Source: Eledone cirrhosa (Eukaryota). Taken from it: 64,000 nt of DNA. A program made the position numbers and the translations under genes. The stretch lies in the NCBI GenBank assembly GCA_964016885.1, contig OZ024741.1, forward strand, positions 375,720,001 through 375,784,000, read 5' to 3'. A model generated the notes under the pieces. The model ran no database searches, had not been told where the DNA came from, and was given only the letters and a program-made list of their open reading frames with translations. Each line of letters opens with the position of its first letter. The stretch's first letter is position 1. Positions 13,901 through 28,900 of the stretch are shown here, in pieces.

Positions 13901-16900
13901 ATGGTGATAGAGAAGTTGTTGTTGTTGTTATTGTTGATGGTAATGGTGATAGTGAAGTTGTTGTTGTTATTGTTGATGGTGATGGTGATAGTGAAGTTGT
14001 TGGTGTTGTTGTTGATGGTGATGGTGATAGTGAAGTTGTTGTTGTTGTTATTGTTGATGGTAATGGTGATAGTGAAGTTGTTGGTGTTGTTATTGTTGAT
14101 GGTGATGGTGATAGTGAAGTTGTTGTTGTTGTTGTTATTGTTGATGGTGATGGTGATAGTGAAGTTGTTGTTGTTGGTGTTGTTATTGTTGATGGTGATA
14201 GTGAAGTTGTTGTTGTTGTTGTTGTTGATGGTGATGGTGATGGTGATAGTGAACTTGTTGTTGTTGTTATTGTTGATGGTGATGCTGATAGTGAAGTTGT
14301 TGATGTTGGTGTTGTTATTGTTGATGATGATGGTGATGTGATAGTGAAGTTGTTGTTGGTGTTGTTATTGTTGATGGTGATGGTGATAGTGAAGTTGTTG
14401 TTGTTATTGTTGATGGTGATGGTGATAGTGAAGTTGTTACTGTTGTTATTGTTGATGGTGATGGTGATAGTGAAGTTGTTGTTGTTATTGTTGATGGTGA
14501 TGGTGATGGTGAAATTGTTGTTGTTATTGTTGATGGTGATGGTGATGGTGAAGTTGTTGTTGTTATTGTTGATGGTGATGGTGATAGTGAAATTGTTGTT
14601 GTTATTGTTGATGGTGATGGTGATAGAGAAGTTGTTGTTGTTGTTATTGTTGATGGTGATGGTGATAGAGAAGTTGTTGTTATTGTTGATGGTGATGGTG
14701 ATAGTGAAATTGTTGTTGTTATTGTTGATGGTGATGGTGATAGTGAATTTGTTGTTATTGTTATTGTTGATGGTGATGGTGATAGTGAAGTTGTTGTTGT
14801 TGTTGTTGATAGTGATGGTGATAGTGAAGTTGTTGTTGTTGTTGTTGATGGTGATGGTGATAGTGAAGTTGTTGTTGGTGTTGTTATTCTTAATGGTTAT
14901 GGTGATAGTGAAGTTGTTGTTGTTGTTATTGTTGATGGTGATGGTGATAGTGAAGATGTTGTTGTTCTTACTGTTGATGGTGATGGTGATGGTGATAGTG
15001 AAGTTGTTGTTGTTGGTGTTGTTATTGTTGATGGTGATGGTGATAGTGAAGTTGTTGTTGTTGTTGTCATCGTTGATGGTGATGGTGATAGTGAAGTTGT
15101 TGTTGTTGTTGATGGTGCTGGTGCTAGTGAAGTTGTTGTTGTTGTTATTGTTGATGGTGATGGTGATAGTGAAGTTGTTATTGTTGTTATTGTTGATGGT
15201 GATGGTGATAGTGAAATTGTTGTTGGTGTTGTTGTTGATGGTGATGGTGATAGTGAAGTTGTTGTTGTTGTTATTGTTGATGGTGATGGTGATAGTGAAG
15301 TTGTTGTTGGTGTTGCTATTGTTGAATGTGATGGTGATAGTTAAGTTGTTGTTGTTGTTGATGGTGATGGTGATAGTGAAGTTGTTGTTGTTGTTGTTGA
15401 TGGTGATAGTGAAGTTGTTGTTGTTATTGTTGATGGTGATGGTGATATTGAAGTTGTTGTTGGTGTTGTTATTGTTGATGGTGATGGTGATAATGAAGTT
15501 GTTGTTGTTGTTATTGTTGATGGGGATAGTGAAGTTGTTGTTCTTATTGTTGATGGTGATGATGATAGTGAAGTTGTTGTTGTTGTTGTTGTTGTTGATG
15601 GTGATGGTGATAGTGAAGTTGTTGTTGTTGTTGTTGGTGATGGTGATAGTGAAGTTGTTGTTGTTGTTATTATTGATGGTGATGGTGATAGTGAAGTTGT
15701 TGTTGTTGTTATTATTGATGGTGATGGTGATAATGAAGTTGTTGGTGTTGTTATTGTTGATGGTGACGGTGATAGTGAAGTTGTTGTTGTTGTTATTATT
15801 GATGGTGATGGTGATAGTGAAGTTGTTGTTGGTGTTGTTATCGTTGATGGTGATGGTGATAGTGAAGTTTTTGTTGTTGTTGTTGTTGATGGTGCTGGTG
15901 CTAGTGAAGTTGTTGTTATTGTTATTGTTGATGGTGATGGTGGCAGTGAAGTTGTTGTTGGTGTTGTTATCGTTGATGGTGATGGTGATAGTGAAGTTTT
16001 TGTTGTTGTTGTTGTTGATGGTGCTGGTGCTAGTGAAGTTGTTGTTGTTGTTATTGTTGATGGTGATGGTGTTAGTGAAGTTGTTGTTGGTGTTGTTATC
16101 GTTGATGGTGATGGTGATAGTGAAGTTTTTGTTGTTGTTGTTGTTGATGGTGCTGGTGCTAGTGAAGTTGTTGTTGTTGTTATTGTTGATGGTGATGGTG
16201 GCAGTGAAGTTGTTGTTGTTGTTGATGGTGATGGTGATAGTGAAGTTGTTGTTGTTGTTGTTGATGGTGATGGTGATAGTGAAGTTGTTGTTGTTGTTAT
16301 TGTTGATGGTGATGGTGATAGTGAAGTTGTTGGTGTTGTTATTGTTGATGGTGATGGTGATAGTGAAGTTGTTGTTATTGTTGATGGTGATGGTGATAGT
16401 GAAGTTGTTGTTTTTATTGTTGATGGTGATGGTGATAGTGAAGTTGTTGTTGTTGTTATTGGTGGTGATGGTGATAGTGAAGTTGTTGTTGTTGTTATTG
16501 TTGATGGTGATGGTGATAGTGAAGTTGTTGTTGGTGGTGATGGTGATAGTGAAGTCGTTGGTGTTGTTGTTGATGGTGATGGTGATAGTGAAGTCGTTGG
16601 TGTTGTTGTTGATGGTGATGGTGATAGTGAAGTTGTTGTTGATGGTGATGGTGATAGTGAAGTCGTTGGTGTTGTTGTTGATGGTGATGGTGATAGTGAA
16701 GTCGTTGGTGTTGTTGTTGATGGTGATGGTGATAGTGAAGTTGTTGCCGTTATTGTTGATGGTGATGGTGATAGTGAAGTCGTTGGTGTTGTTGTTGATG
16801 GTGATGGTGATAGTGAAGTTGTTGTTGTTGTTGTTATTGTTGATGGTGTTGGTGATAGTGAAGTTGTTGGTGTTGTTGTTGTTGTTGGTGATGGTGATAG

Positions 16901-19900
16901 TGAAGTTGTTGTTGTTGTTATTGATTGTGATGGTGATAGTGAAGTTGTTGTTGGTGTTGTTGTTGATGGTGATGTTGAAGTTGTGGTTGTTATTGATGGT
17001 GATGGTGATAGTGAAGTTATTGTTGTTGTTATTGATGGTGATGGTGATAGTGAAGTTGTTGTTGTTATTGTTGATGGTGGTGGTGATAGTGAAGTTGTTG
17101 TTGTTATTGATGGTGATGGTGATAGTGAAGTTGTTGTCGGTGTTGTTGTTGATGGTGATGGTGAAGTTGTTGTTGTTGTTATTATTGATGGTGATGGTGA
17201 TAGTGAAGTTTTTGTTGTTGTTGTTGTTGATGGTGCTGGTGCGAGTGAAGTTGTTGGTGTTGTTATTGTTGATGGTGATGGTGATAGAGAAGTTGTTGTT
17301 GTTGTTATTGTTGATGGTGATGGTGATAGTGAAGTTGTTGGTGTTGTTATTGTTGATGGTGATGGTGATAGAGAAGTTGTTGTTGATGTTATTGTTGATG
17401 GTGATAGTGAAGTTGTTGGTGTTGTTATTCTTGATGGTGATGGTGATAGAGAAGTTGTTGTTGTTGTTATTGTTAATGGTGATGGTGAAGTTGTTGGTGT
17501 TGTTATTGTTGATGGTGATGGTGATAGTGAAGTTGTTATTGTTGTTATTGTTGATGGTGATGGTGAAGTTGTTGTTGTTGTTGATGGTGATGGTGATGGT
17601 GATAGTGAAGTTGTTGTTGGTGTTATTGTTGATGGTGATGGTGATAGTGAAGTTGTTGTTGTTGTTATTGTTGATGGTGATGGTGATAGTGAAGTTGTTG
17701 GTGTTGTTATTGTTGATGGTGATAGTGATAGTGAAGTTCTTGGTGTTGTTGTTCTTGTTGATGGGGATGGTGATAGTGAAGTTGTTGGTGTTGTTATTGT
17801 TGATGGTGATGGTTATAGTGAAGTTGTTGTTGTTGTTATTATTGATGGTGATGGTGATAGTGAAGTTCTTGGTGTTGTTGTTATTGTTGATGGGGATGGT
17901 GATAGTGAAGTTGTTGGTGTTGTTATTGTTGATGGTGATGGTGATAGTGAAGTTGTTGGTGTTGTTATTGTTGATGGTGATGGTGATAGTGAAGTTGTTG
18001 TTATTATTGATGGTGATGGTGATAGTGAAGTTGTTGGTGTTGGTATTGTTGATGGTGATGGTGATATTGAAGTTGTTGTTGTTATTATTGATGGTGATGG
18101 AGATAGTGAAGTTGTTGTTATTGTTGTTGTTATTGTTGATGCTGATGGTGATAGTGAAGTTGTTGGTGTTGTTGTTGATAGTGATGGTGATGTTGATAGT
18201 GAAGTTGTTGTTGTTATTGTTTATGGTGATGGTGATAGTGAAGTTGTTGTTGGTGTTGTTATTGTTGATGTGATGGTGATAGTGAAGTTGTTGTTGTTAT
18301 TGTTGATGGTGATGGGGATAGTGAAGTTGTTGTTGGTGTTGTTATTGTTGATGTGATGGTGATAGTGAAGTTGTTGTTGTTATTGTTGATGGTGATGGTG
18401 ATAGTGAAGTTGTTGTTGGTGTTGTTATTGTTGATGGTAATGGTGATAGTGAAGTTGTTGTTGTTATTGTTGATGGTGATGGTGATGGTGTTAGTGAAGT
18501 TGTTGTTGATGTTGATGGTGATAGTGAAGTTGTTGTTGTTGTTATTGTTGATGGTGATGGTGATAGTGAAGTTGTTGTTGTTGTTATTGTTGATGGTGAT
18601 GGTGATAGTGAAGTTGTTGTTGGTGTTGTTGTTGATGGTGATGGTGATAGAGAAGTTGTTGTTGTTGTTATTGTTGATGGTGCTGGTGATAGTGAAGTTG
18701 TTGTTGTTATTGTTGATGGTGATGGTGATAGTGAAGTTGTTGGTGTTGTTGTTGATGGTGATGGTGATAGTGAAGTTGTTGTTGTTGTTATTGTTGATGG
18801 TGATGGTGATAGTGAAGTTGTTGGTGTTGTTATTGTTGATGGTGATGGTGATAGTGAAGTTGTTGTTGTTGTTGTTATTGTTGATGGTGATGGTGATAGT
18901 GAAGTTGTTGTTGTTGGTGTAGTTATTGTTGATGGTGATAGTGAAGTTGTTGTTGTTGTTGTTGTTGATGGTGATGGTGATGGTGATAGTGAACTTGTTG
19001 TTGTTGTTATTGTTGATGGTGATGCTGATAGTGAAGTTGTTGATGTTGGTGTTGTTATTGTTGATGATGATGGTGATGTGATAGTGAAGTTGTTGTTGGT
19101 GTTGTTATTGTTGATGGTGATGGTGATAGTGAAGTTGTTGTTGTTATTGTTGATGGTGATGGTGATAGTGAAGTTGTTACTGTTGTTATTGTTGATGGTG
19201 ATGGTGATAGTGAAGTTGTTGTTGTTATTGTTGATGGTGATGGTGATGGTGAAATTGTTGTTGTTATTGTTGATGGTGATGGTGATGGTGAAGTTGTTGT
19301 TGTTATTGTTGATGGTGATGGTGATAGTGAAATTGTTGTTGTTATTGTTGATGGTGATGGTGATAGAGAAGTTGTTGTTGTTGTTATTGTTGATGGTGAT
19401 GGTGATAGAGAAGTTGTTGTTATTGTTGATGGTGATGGTGATAGTGAAATTGTTGTTGTTATTGTTGATGGTGACGGTGATAGTGAAGTTGTTGTTGTTG
19501 TTATTGTTGATGGTGATGGTGATAGTGAATTTGTTGTTATTGTTATTGTTGATGGTGATGGTGATAGTGAAGTTGTTGTTGCTGTTGTTGATAGTGATGG
19601 TGATAGTGAAGTTGTTGTTGTTGTTGTTGATGGTGATGGTGATAGTGAAGTTGTTGTTGGTGTTGTTATTCTTGATGGTTATGGTGATAGTGAAGTTGTT
19701 GTTGTTGTTATTGTTGATGGTGATGGTGATAGTGAAGATGTTGTTGTTCTTACTGTTGATGGTGATGGTGATGGTGATAGTGAAGTTGTTGTTGTTGGTG
19801 TTGTTATTGTTGATGGTGATGGTGATAGTGAAGTTGTTGTTGTTGTTGTTATCGTTGATGGTGATGGTGATAGTGAAGTTGTTGTTGTTGTTGATGGTGC

Positions 19901-22900
19901 TGGTGCTAGTGAAGTTGTTGTTGTTGTTATTGTTGATGGTGATGGTGATAGTGAAGTTGTTATTGTTGTTATTGTTGATGGTGATGGTGATAGTGAAATT
20001 GTTGTTGGTGTTGTTGTTGATGGTGATGGTGATAGTGAAGTTGTTGTTGTTGTTATTGTTGATGGTGATGGTGATAGTGAAGTTGTTGTTGGTGTTGCTA
20101 TTGTTGAATGTGATGGTGATAGTTAAGTTGTTGTTGTTGTTGATGGTGATGGTGATAGTGAAGTTGTTGTTGTTGTTGTTGATGGTGATAGTGAAGTTGT
20201 TGTTGTTATTGTTGATGGTGATGGTGATATTGAAGTTGTTGTTGGTGTTGTTATTGTTGATGGTGATGGTGATAGTGAAGTTGTTGTTGTTGTTATTGTT
20301 GATGGGGATAGTGAAGTTGTTGTTCTTATTGTTGATGGTGATGGTGATAGTGAATTTGTTGTTGTTGTTGTTGTTGTTGTTGATGGTGATGGTGATAGTG
20401 AAGTTGTTGTTGTTGTTGTTGGTGATGGTGATAGTGAAGTTGTTGTTGTTGTTATTATTGATGGTGATGGTGATAGTGAAGTTGTTGTTGTTGTTATTAT
20501 TGATGGTGATGGTGATAATGAAGTTGTTGGTGTTGTTATTGTTGATGGTGACGGTGATAGTGAAGTTGTTGTTGTTGTTATTATTGATGGTGATGGTGTT
20601 AGTGAAGTTGTTGTTGGTGTTGTTATCGTTGATGGTGATGGTGATAGTGAAGTTTTTGTTGTTGTTGTTGTTGATGGTGCTGGTGCTAGTGAAGTTGTTG
20701 TTGTTGTTATTGTTGATGGTGATGGTGGCAGTGAACTTGTTGTTGTTGTTGATGGTGATGGTGATAGTGAAGTTGTTGTTGTTGTTGTTGATGGTGATGG
20801 TGATAGTGAAGTCGTTGGTGTTGTTGTTGATGGCGATGGTGATAGTGAAGTCGTTGGTGTTGTTGTTGATGGTGGTGGTGATAGTGAAGTTGTTGTTGAT
20901 GGTGATGGTGATAGTGAAGTCGTTGGTGTTGTTGTTGATGGTGATGGTGATAGTGAAGTCGTTGGTGTTGTTGTTGATGGTGATGGTGATAGTGAAGTTG
21001 TTGTCGTTATTGTTGATGGTGATGGTGATAGTGATGTCGTTGGTGTTGTTGTTGATGGTGCTGGTGCTAGTGAAGTTGTTGTTGTTGTTATTGTTGATGG
21101 TGATGGTGGTAGTGAAGTTGTTGTTGTTGTTGATGGTGATGGTGATAGTGAAGTTGTTGTTGTTGTTGTTGATGGTGATGGTGATAGTGAAGTTGTTGTT
21201 GTTGTTATTGTTGATGGTGATGGTGATAGTGAAGTTGTTGGTGTTGTTATTGTTGATGGTGATGGTGATAGTGAAGTTGTTGTTATTGTTGATGGTGATG
21301 GTGATAGTGAAGTTGTTGTTGTTGTTATTGTTGATGGTGATGGTGATAGTGAAGTTGTTGTTGTTGTTATTGGTGGTGATGGTGATAGTGAAGTTGTTGT
21401 TGTTGTTATTGTTGATGGTGATGGTGATAGTGAAGTTGTTGTTGGTGGTGATGGTGATAGTGAAGTCGTTGGTGTTGTTGTTCATGGTGATGGTGATAGT
21501 GAAGTCGTTGGTGTTGTTGTTGATGGTGATGGTGATAGTGAAGTTGTTGTCGTTATTGTTGATGGTGATGGTGATAGTGACGTCGTTGGTGTTGTTGTTG
21601 ATGGTGATGGTGATAGTGAAGTTGTTGTTGTTGTTGTTATTGTTGATGGTGTTGGTGATAGTGAAGTTGTTGGTGTTGTTGTTGTTGTTGGTGATGGTGA
21701 TAGTGAAGTTGTTGTTGTTGTTATTGATGGTGATGGTGATAGTGAAGTTGTTGTTGGTGTTGTTGTTGATGGTGATGGTGAAGTTGTGGTTGTTATTGAT
21801 GGTGATGGTGATAGTGAAGTTATTGTTGTTGTTATTGATGGTGATGGTGATAGTGAATTTGTTGTTGTTATTGTTGATGGTGGTGGTGATAGTGAAGTTG
21901 TTGTTGTTGTTATTGATGGTGATGGTGATAGTGAAGTTGTTATTGGTGTTGTTGTTGATGGTGATGGTGATGGTGAAGTTGTTGTTTTTGTTATTGATGG
22001 TGCTGGTGCTAGTGAAGTTTTTGTTGTTGTTGTTGTTGGTGATAGTGATAGTGAAGTTGTTGTTGTTGTTATTGATGGTGATGGTGATAGTGAAGTTGTT
22101 GTTGTTGTTATTGATGGTGATGGTGATAGTGAAGCTGTTGTTGTTATTGTTGATAGTGGTGGTGATAGGGAAGTTGTTGTTGTTGTTATTATTGATGGTG
22201 ATGGTGATAATGAAGTTGTTGGTGTTGTTATTGTTGATGGTGATGGTGATAGTGAAGTTGTTGTTGTTGTTATTATTGATGGTGATGGTGATAGTGAAGT
22301 TGTTGTTGGTGTTGTTATCGTTGATGGTGATGGTGATAGTGAAGTTTTTGTTGTTGTTGTTGTTGATGGTGCTGGTGCTAGTGAAGTTGTTGTTGTTGTT
22401 ATTGTTGATGGTGATGGTGGTAGTGAAGTTGTTGTTGTTGTTGATGGTGATGGTGATAGTGAAGTTGTTGTTGTTGTTATTGTTGATGGTGATGGTGATA
22501 GTGAAGTTGTTGGTGTTGTTATTGTTGATGGTGATGGTGATAGTGAGTTATTGTTATTGTTGATGGTGATGGTGATAGTGAAGTTGTTGTTGTTGTTATT
22601 GTTGATGGTGATGGTGATAGTGAAGTTGTTGTTGTTGTTATTGGTGGTGATGGTGATAGTGAAGTTGTTGTTGTTGTTATTGTTGATGGTGATGGTGATA
22701 GTGAAGTTGTTGTTGGTGGTGATGGTGATAGTGAAGTCGTTGGTGTTGTTGTTGATGGTGATGGTGATAGTGAAGTCGTTGGTGTTGTTGTTGATGGTGA
22801 TGGTGATAGTGAAGTTGTTGTTGATGGTGATGGTGATAGTGAAGTCGTTGGTGTTGTTGTTGATGGTGATGGTGATAGTGAAGTCGTTGGTGTTGTTGTT

Positions 22901-25900
22901 GATGGTGATGGTGATAGTGAAGTTGTTGTCGTTATTGTTGATGGTGATGGTGATAGTGATGTCGTTGGTGTTGTTGTTGATGGTGATGGTGATAGTGAAG
23001 TTGTTGTTGTTGTTGTTATTGTTGATGGTGTTGGTGATAGTGAAGTTGTTGGTGTTGTTGTTGTTGGTGATGGTGATAGTGAAGTTGTTGGTGTTGTTGT
23101 TGTTGGTGATGGTGATAGTGAAGTTGTTGTTGTTGTTATTGATGGTGATGGTGATAGTGAAGTTGTTGTTGGTGGTGATGGTGATAGAGAAGTCGTTGGT
23201 GTTGTTGTTGATGGTGATGGTGATAGTGAAGTCGTTGGTGTTGTTGTTTATGGTGATGGTGATAGTGAAGTTGTTGTTGATGGTGATGGTGATAGTGAAG
23301 TCGTTGGTGTTGTTGTTGATGGTGATGGTGATAGTGAAGTCGTTGGTGTTGTTGTTGATGGTGATGGTGATAGTGAAGTTGTTGTCGTTATTGTTGATGG
23401 TGATTGTGATAGTGATGTCGTTGGTGTTGTTGTTGATGGTGATGGTGATAGTGAAGTTGTTGTTGTTGTTGTTATTGTTGATGGTGTTGGTGATAGTGAA
23501 GTTGTTGGTGTTGTTGTTGTTGGTGATGGTGATAGTGAAGTTGTTGTTGTTGTTATTGATGGTGATGGTGATAGTGAAGTTGTTGTTGTTGTTGTTATTG
23601 TTGATGGTGTTGGTGATAGTGAAGTTGTTGGTGTTGTTATTGATGGTGTTGGTGATAGTGAAGTTATTGTTGTTGTTATTGATGGTGATGGTGATAGTGA
23701 AGTTGTTGTTGTTATTGTTGATGGTGGTGGTGATAGTGAAGTTGTTGTTGTTGTTATTGATGGTGATGGTGATAGTGAAGTTGTTATTGGTGTTGTTGTT
23801 GATGGTGATGGTGATGGTGAAGTTGTTGTTTTTGTTATTGATGGTGCTGGTGCTAGTGAAGTTGTTGTTGTTGTTGTTGTTGGTGATAGTGATAGTGAAG
23901 TTGTTGTTGTTGTTATTGATGGTGATGGTGATAGTGAAGTTGTTGTCGGTGTTGTTGTTCATGGTGATGGTGAAGTTGTTGTTGTTGTTATTGATGGTGA
24001 TGGTGATAGTGAAGTTATTGTTGTTGTTATTGATGGTGATGGTGATAGTGAAGTTGTTGTTGTTATTGTTGATAGTGGTGGTGATAGTGAAGTTGTTGTT
24101 GTTGTTATTGATGGTGATGGTGATGGTGAAGTTGTTATTGGTGTTGTTGTTGATGGTGATAGTGATGGTGAAGTTGTTGTTTTTGTTATTGATGGTGCTG
24201 GTGCTAGTGAAGTTGTTGATGTTGTTATTGATGGTGGTGGTGATAGTGAAGTTGTTGTTGTTATTGTTGATGGTGGTGGTGATAGTGAAGTTGTTGTTGT
24301 TGTTGTTGGTGGTGGTGATGGTGATAGTGAATTTGTTGTTGTTATTGCTGATGGTGATGGTGATAATGAAGTTGTTGTTGTTGTTGTTATTGTTGATGGT
24401 GATGGTGATAGTGAAGTTGTTGTTGTTGTTGTTATTGTTGATGGTGATGGTGATAGTGAAGTTGTTGTTGTTGTTACTGTTGATGGTAATGGTGATAGTG
24501 AACTTGTTGTTCTTGTTATTGTTGATGGTGATGGTGACAGTTAAGTTGTTGTTGTTGTTGTTGATGGTGATAGTGAAGCTGTTGTTGTTGTTGTTATTGT
24601 TGATGGTGATGGTGATAGTGAAGTTGTTGTTGTTGTTGTTATTGTTGATGGTGATGGTGATAGTGAAGTTGTTGTTGGTGTTGTTATTGTTGATGGTGAT
24701 GGTGATAGTGAAGTTGTTGTTGGTGTTGTTATTGTTGATGGTGATGGTGATAGTGAAGTTGTTGTTGGTGTTGTTATTGTTGATGGTGATGGTGATAGTG
24801 AAGTTGTTGTTGTTGTTATTGATGGTGATGGTGATAGTGAAGTTGTTGTTGTTGTTATTGATGGTGATGGTGATAGTGAAGTTGTTGTTGTTGTTGTTAT
24901 TGTTGATGGTGATGGTGATAGTGAAGTTGTTGTTGTTATTGTTGATGGTGATGGCGATAGTGAAGTTGTTATTGTTGTTATTGTTGATGGTGATGGTGAT
25001 AGTGAAATTGTTGTTGGTGTTGTTGTTGATGGTGATGGTGATAGTGAAGTTGTTGTTGTTGTTATTGTTGATGGTGATGGTGATAGTGAAGTTGTTGTTG
25101 GTGTTGTTATTGTTGAATGTGATGGTGATAGTTAAGTTGTTGTTGTTGTTGTTGATGGTGATGGTGATAGTGAAGTTGTTGTTGTTGTTGTTGATGGTGA
25201 TAGTGAAGTTGTTGTTGTTATTGTTGATGGTGATGGTGATATTGAAGTTGTTGTTGGTGTTGTTATTGTTGATGGTGATGGTGATAGTGAAGTTGTTGTT
25301 GTTGTTGTTATCGTTGATGGTGATGGTGATAGTGAAGTTGTTGTTGTTGTTGTTGTTGATGGTGCTGGTGCTAGTGAAGTTGTTGTTGTTGTTATTGTTG
25401 AGGGTGATGGTGGTAGTGAAGTTGTTGTTGTTGTTGATGGTGTTAGTGATAGTGAAGTTGTTGTTGGTGTAGTTATTGTTGATGGTGATGGTGATAGTGA
25501 CGTTGTTGTTGTTGTTATTATTGATGGTGATGGTGATAGTGAAGTTGTTGTTGGTGTTATTATCGTTGATGGTGATGGTGATAATGAAGTTGTTGGTGTT
25601 GTTATTGTTGATGGTAATGGTGATAGTGAAGTTGTTGTTGTTGTTATTATTGATGGTGATGGTGATAGTAAAGTTTTTGTTGTTGTTGTTGTTGATGGTG
25701 CTGGTGCTAGTGAAGTTGTTGTTGTTGTTATTGTTGATGGTGATGGTGGTAGTGAAGTTGTTGTTGTTGTTGTTGTTGATGGTGATGGTGATAGTGAAGT
25801 TGTTGTTGTTGTTGTTGTTGATGGTGATGGTGATAGTGAAGTTGTTGTTGTTGTTATTGTTGATGGTGATGGTGATAGTGAAGTTGTTGTTGGTGTTGTT

Positions 25901-28900
25901 ATTGTTGATGGTGTTGGTGATAGTGAAGTTGTTAGTGTTGTTGTTGTTGTTGGTGATGGTGATAGTGAAGTTGTTGTTGTTGTTATTGATGGTGATGGTG
26001 ATAGTGAAGTTGTTGTTGGTGTTGTTGTTGATGGTGATGGTGATGGTGAAGTTGTTGTTGTTGTTATTGATGGTGATGGTGATAGTGAAGTTATTGTTGT
26101 TGTTATTGATGGTGATGGTGATAGTGAAGTTGTTGTTGTTATTGTTGATGGTGGTGGTGATAGTGAAGTTGTTGTTGTTATTATTGATGGTGATGGTGAT
26201 AGTGAAGTTGTTATTGGTGTTGTTATTGATGGTGATGGTGATAGTGAAGTTGTTGTTGTTATTGTTGATGGTGCTGGTGCTAGTGAAGTTGTTGTTGTTG
26301 TTATTGATGGTGGTGGTGATAGTGAAGTTGTTGTTGTTATTGTTGATGGTGGTGGTGATAGTGAAGTTGTTGTTGTTGTTGTTATTGTTGATGGTGATAG
26401 TGAATTTGTTGTTGTTGTTGTTATTGTGGATGGTGATGGTGATAGTGAAGTTGTTGTTGTTGTTATTGTTGATGGTGATGGTGATAGTGAAGTTGTTGTT
26501 GTTGTTACTGTTGATGGTGATGGTGATAGTGAACTTGTTGTTCTTGTTATTGTTGATGGTGATGGTGACAGTTAAGTTGTTGTTGTTGTTGTTGATGGTG
26601 ATAGTGAAGCTGTTGTTGTTGTTGTTATTGTTGATGGTGATGGTGATAGTGAAGTTGTTGTTGTTGTTGTTGTTATTGTTGATGGTGATGGTGATAGTGA
26701 AGTTGTTGTTGGTGTTGTTATTGTTGATGGTGATGGTGATAGTGAAGTTGTTGTTGTTGTTATTGATGGTGATGGTGATAGTGAAGTTGTTGTTGTTGTT
26801 ATTGATGGTGATGGTGATAGTGAAGTTGTTATTGGTGTTGTTATTGATGGTGATGGTGATAGTGAAGTTGTTGTTGTTATTGTTGATGGTGCTGGTGCTA
26901 GTGAAGTTGTTGTTGTTGTTTTTGATGGTGGTGGTGATAGTGAAGTTGTTGTTGTTATTGTTGATGGTGGTGGTGATAGTGAAGTTGTTGTTGTTGTTGT
27001 TGGTGGTGGTGATGGTGATAGTGAATTTGTTGTTGTTATTGTTGATGGTGATGGTGATAGTGAAGTTGTTGTTGTTGTTGTTATTGTTAATGGTGATAGT
27101 GAAGTTGTTGTTGTTGTTGTTATTGTGGATGGTGATGGTGATAGTGAAGTTGTTGTTGTTGTTGTTATTGTTGATGGTGATGGTGATAGTGAAGTTGTTG
27201 TTGGTGTTGTTATTGTTGAAGGTGATGGTGATAGTGAAGTTGTTGTTGTTGTTATTGATGGTGATGGTGATAGTGAAGTTGTTGTTGTTGTTGTTATTGT
27301 TGATGGTGATGGTGATAGTGAAGTTGTTGTTGTTGTTGTTATTGTTGATGGTGATGGTGATAGTGAAGTTGTTGTTGTTATTGTTGATGGTGATGGTGAT
27401 AGTGAAGTTGTTATTGTTGTTATTGTTGATGGTGATGGTGATAGTGAAATTGTTGTTGGTGTTGTTGTTGATGGTGATGGTGATAGTGAAGTTGTTGTTG
27501 TTGTTATTGTTGATGGTGATGGTGATAGTGAAGTTGTTGTTGGTGTTGTTATTGTTGAATGTGATGGTGATAGTTAAGTTGTTGTTGTTGTTGATGGTGA
27601 TGGTGATAGTGAAGTTGTTGTTGTTGTTGTTGATGGTGATAGTGAAGTTGTTGTTGTTATTGTTGATGGTGATGGTGAAGTTGTTGTTGGTGTGGTTATT
27701 GTTGATGGTGATGGTGATAGTGAAGTTGTTGTTGTTGTTATTGATGGTGATGGTGATAGTGAAGTTGTTGTTGTTGTTATTGATGGTGATGGTGATAGTG
27801 AAGTTGTTATTGGTGTTGTTATTGATGGTGATGGTGATAGTGAAGTTGTTGTTGTTATTGTTGATGGTGCTGGTGCTAGTGAAGTTGTTGTTGTTGTTAT
27901 TGATGGTGGTGGTGATAGTGAAGTTGTTGTTGTCGTTGTTGGTGGTGGTGATGGTGATAGTGAATTTGTTGTTGTTATTGTTGATGGTGATGGTGATAGT
28001 GAAGTTGTTGTTGTTGTTGTTATTGTTGATGGTGATAGTGAATTTGTTGTTGTTGTTGTTATTGTGGATGGTGATGGTGATAGTGAAGTTGTTGTTGTTG
28101 TTGTTATTGTTGATGGTGATGGTGATAGTGAAGTTGTTGTTGTTGTTACTGTTGATGGTGATGGTGATAGTGAACTTGTTGTTCTTGTTATTGTTGATGG
28201 TGATGGTGACAGTTAAGTTGTTGTTGTTGTTGTTGATGGTGATAGTGAAGCTGTTGTTGTTGTTGTTATTGTTGATGGTGATGGTGATAGTGAAGTTGTT
28301 GTTGTTGTTGTTGTTATTGTTGATGGTGATGGTGATAGTGAAGTTGTTGTTGGTGTTGTTATTGTTGATGGTGATGGTGATAGTGAAGTTGTTGTTGTTG
28401 TTATTGATGGTGATGGTGATAGTGAAGTTGTTGTTGTTGTTATTGATGGTGATGGTGATAGTGAAGTTGTTATTGGTGTTGTTATTGATGGTGATGGTGA
28501 TAGTGAAGTTGTTGTTGTTGTTGTTGATGGTGCTGGTGCTAGTGAAGTTGTTGTTGTTGTTATTGATGGTGGTGGTGATAGTGAAGTTGTTGTTGTTATT
28601 GTTGATGGTGCTGGTGCTAGTGAAGTTGTTGTTGTTGTTATTGATGGTGGTGGTGATAGTGAAGTTGTTGTTGTTATTGTTGATGGTGGTGGTGATAGTG
28701 AAGTTGTTGTTGTTGTTGTTGGTGGTGGTGATGGTGATAGTGAATTTGTTGTTGTTATTGTTGATGGTGATGGTGATAGTGAAGTTGTTGTTGTTATTGT
28801 TAATGGTGATAGTGAAGTTGTTGTTGTTGTTGTTATTGTGGATGGTGATGGTGATAGTGAAGTTGTTGTTGTTGTTACTGTTGATGGTGATGGTGATAGT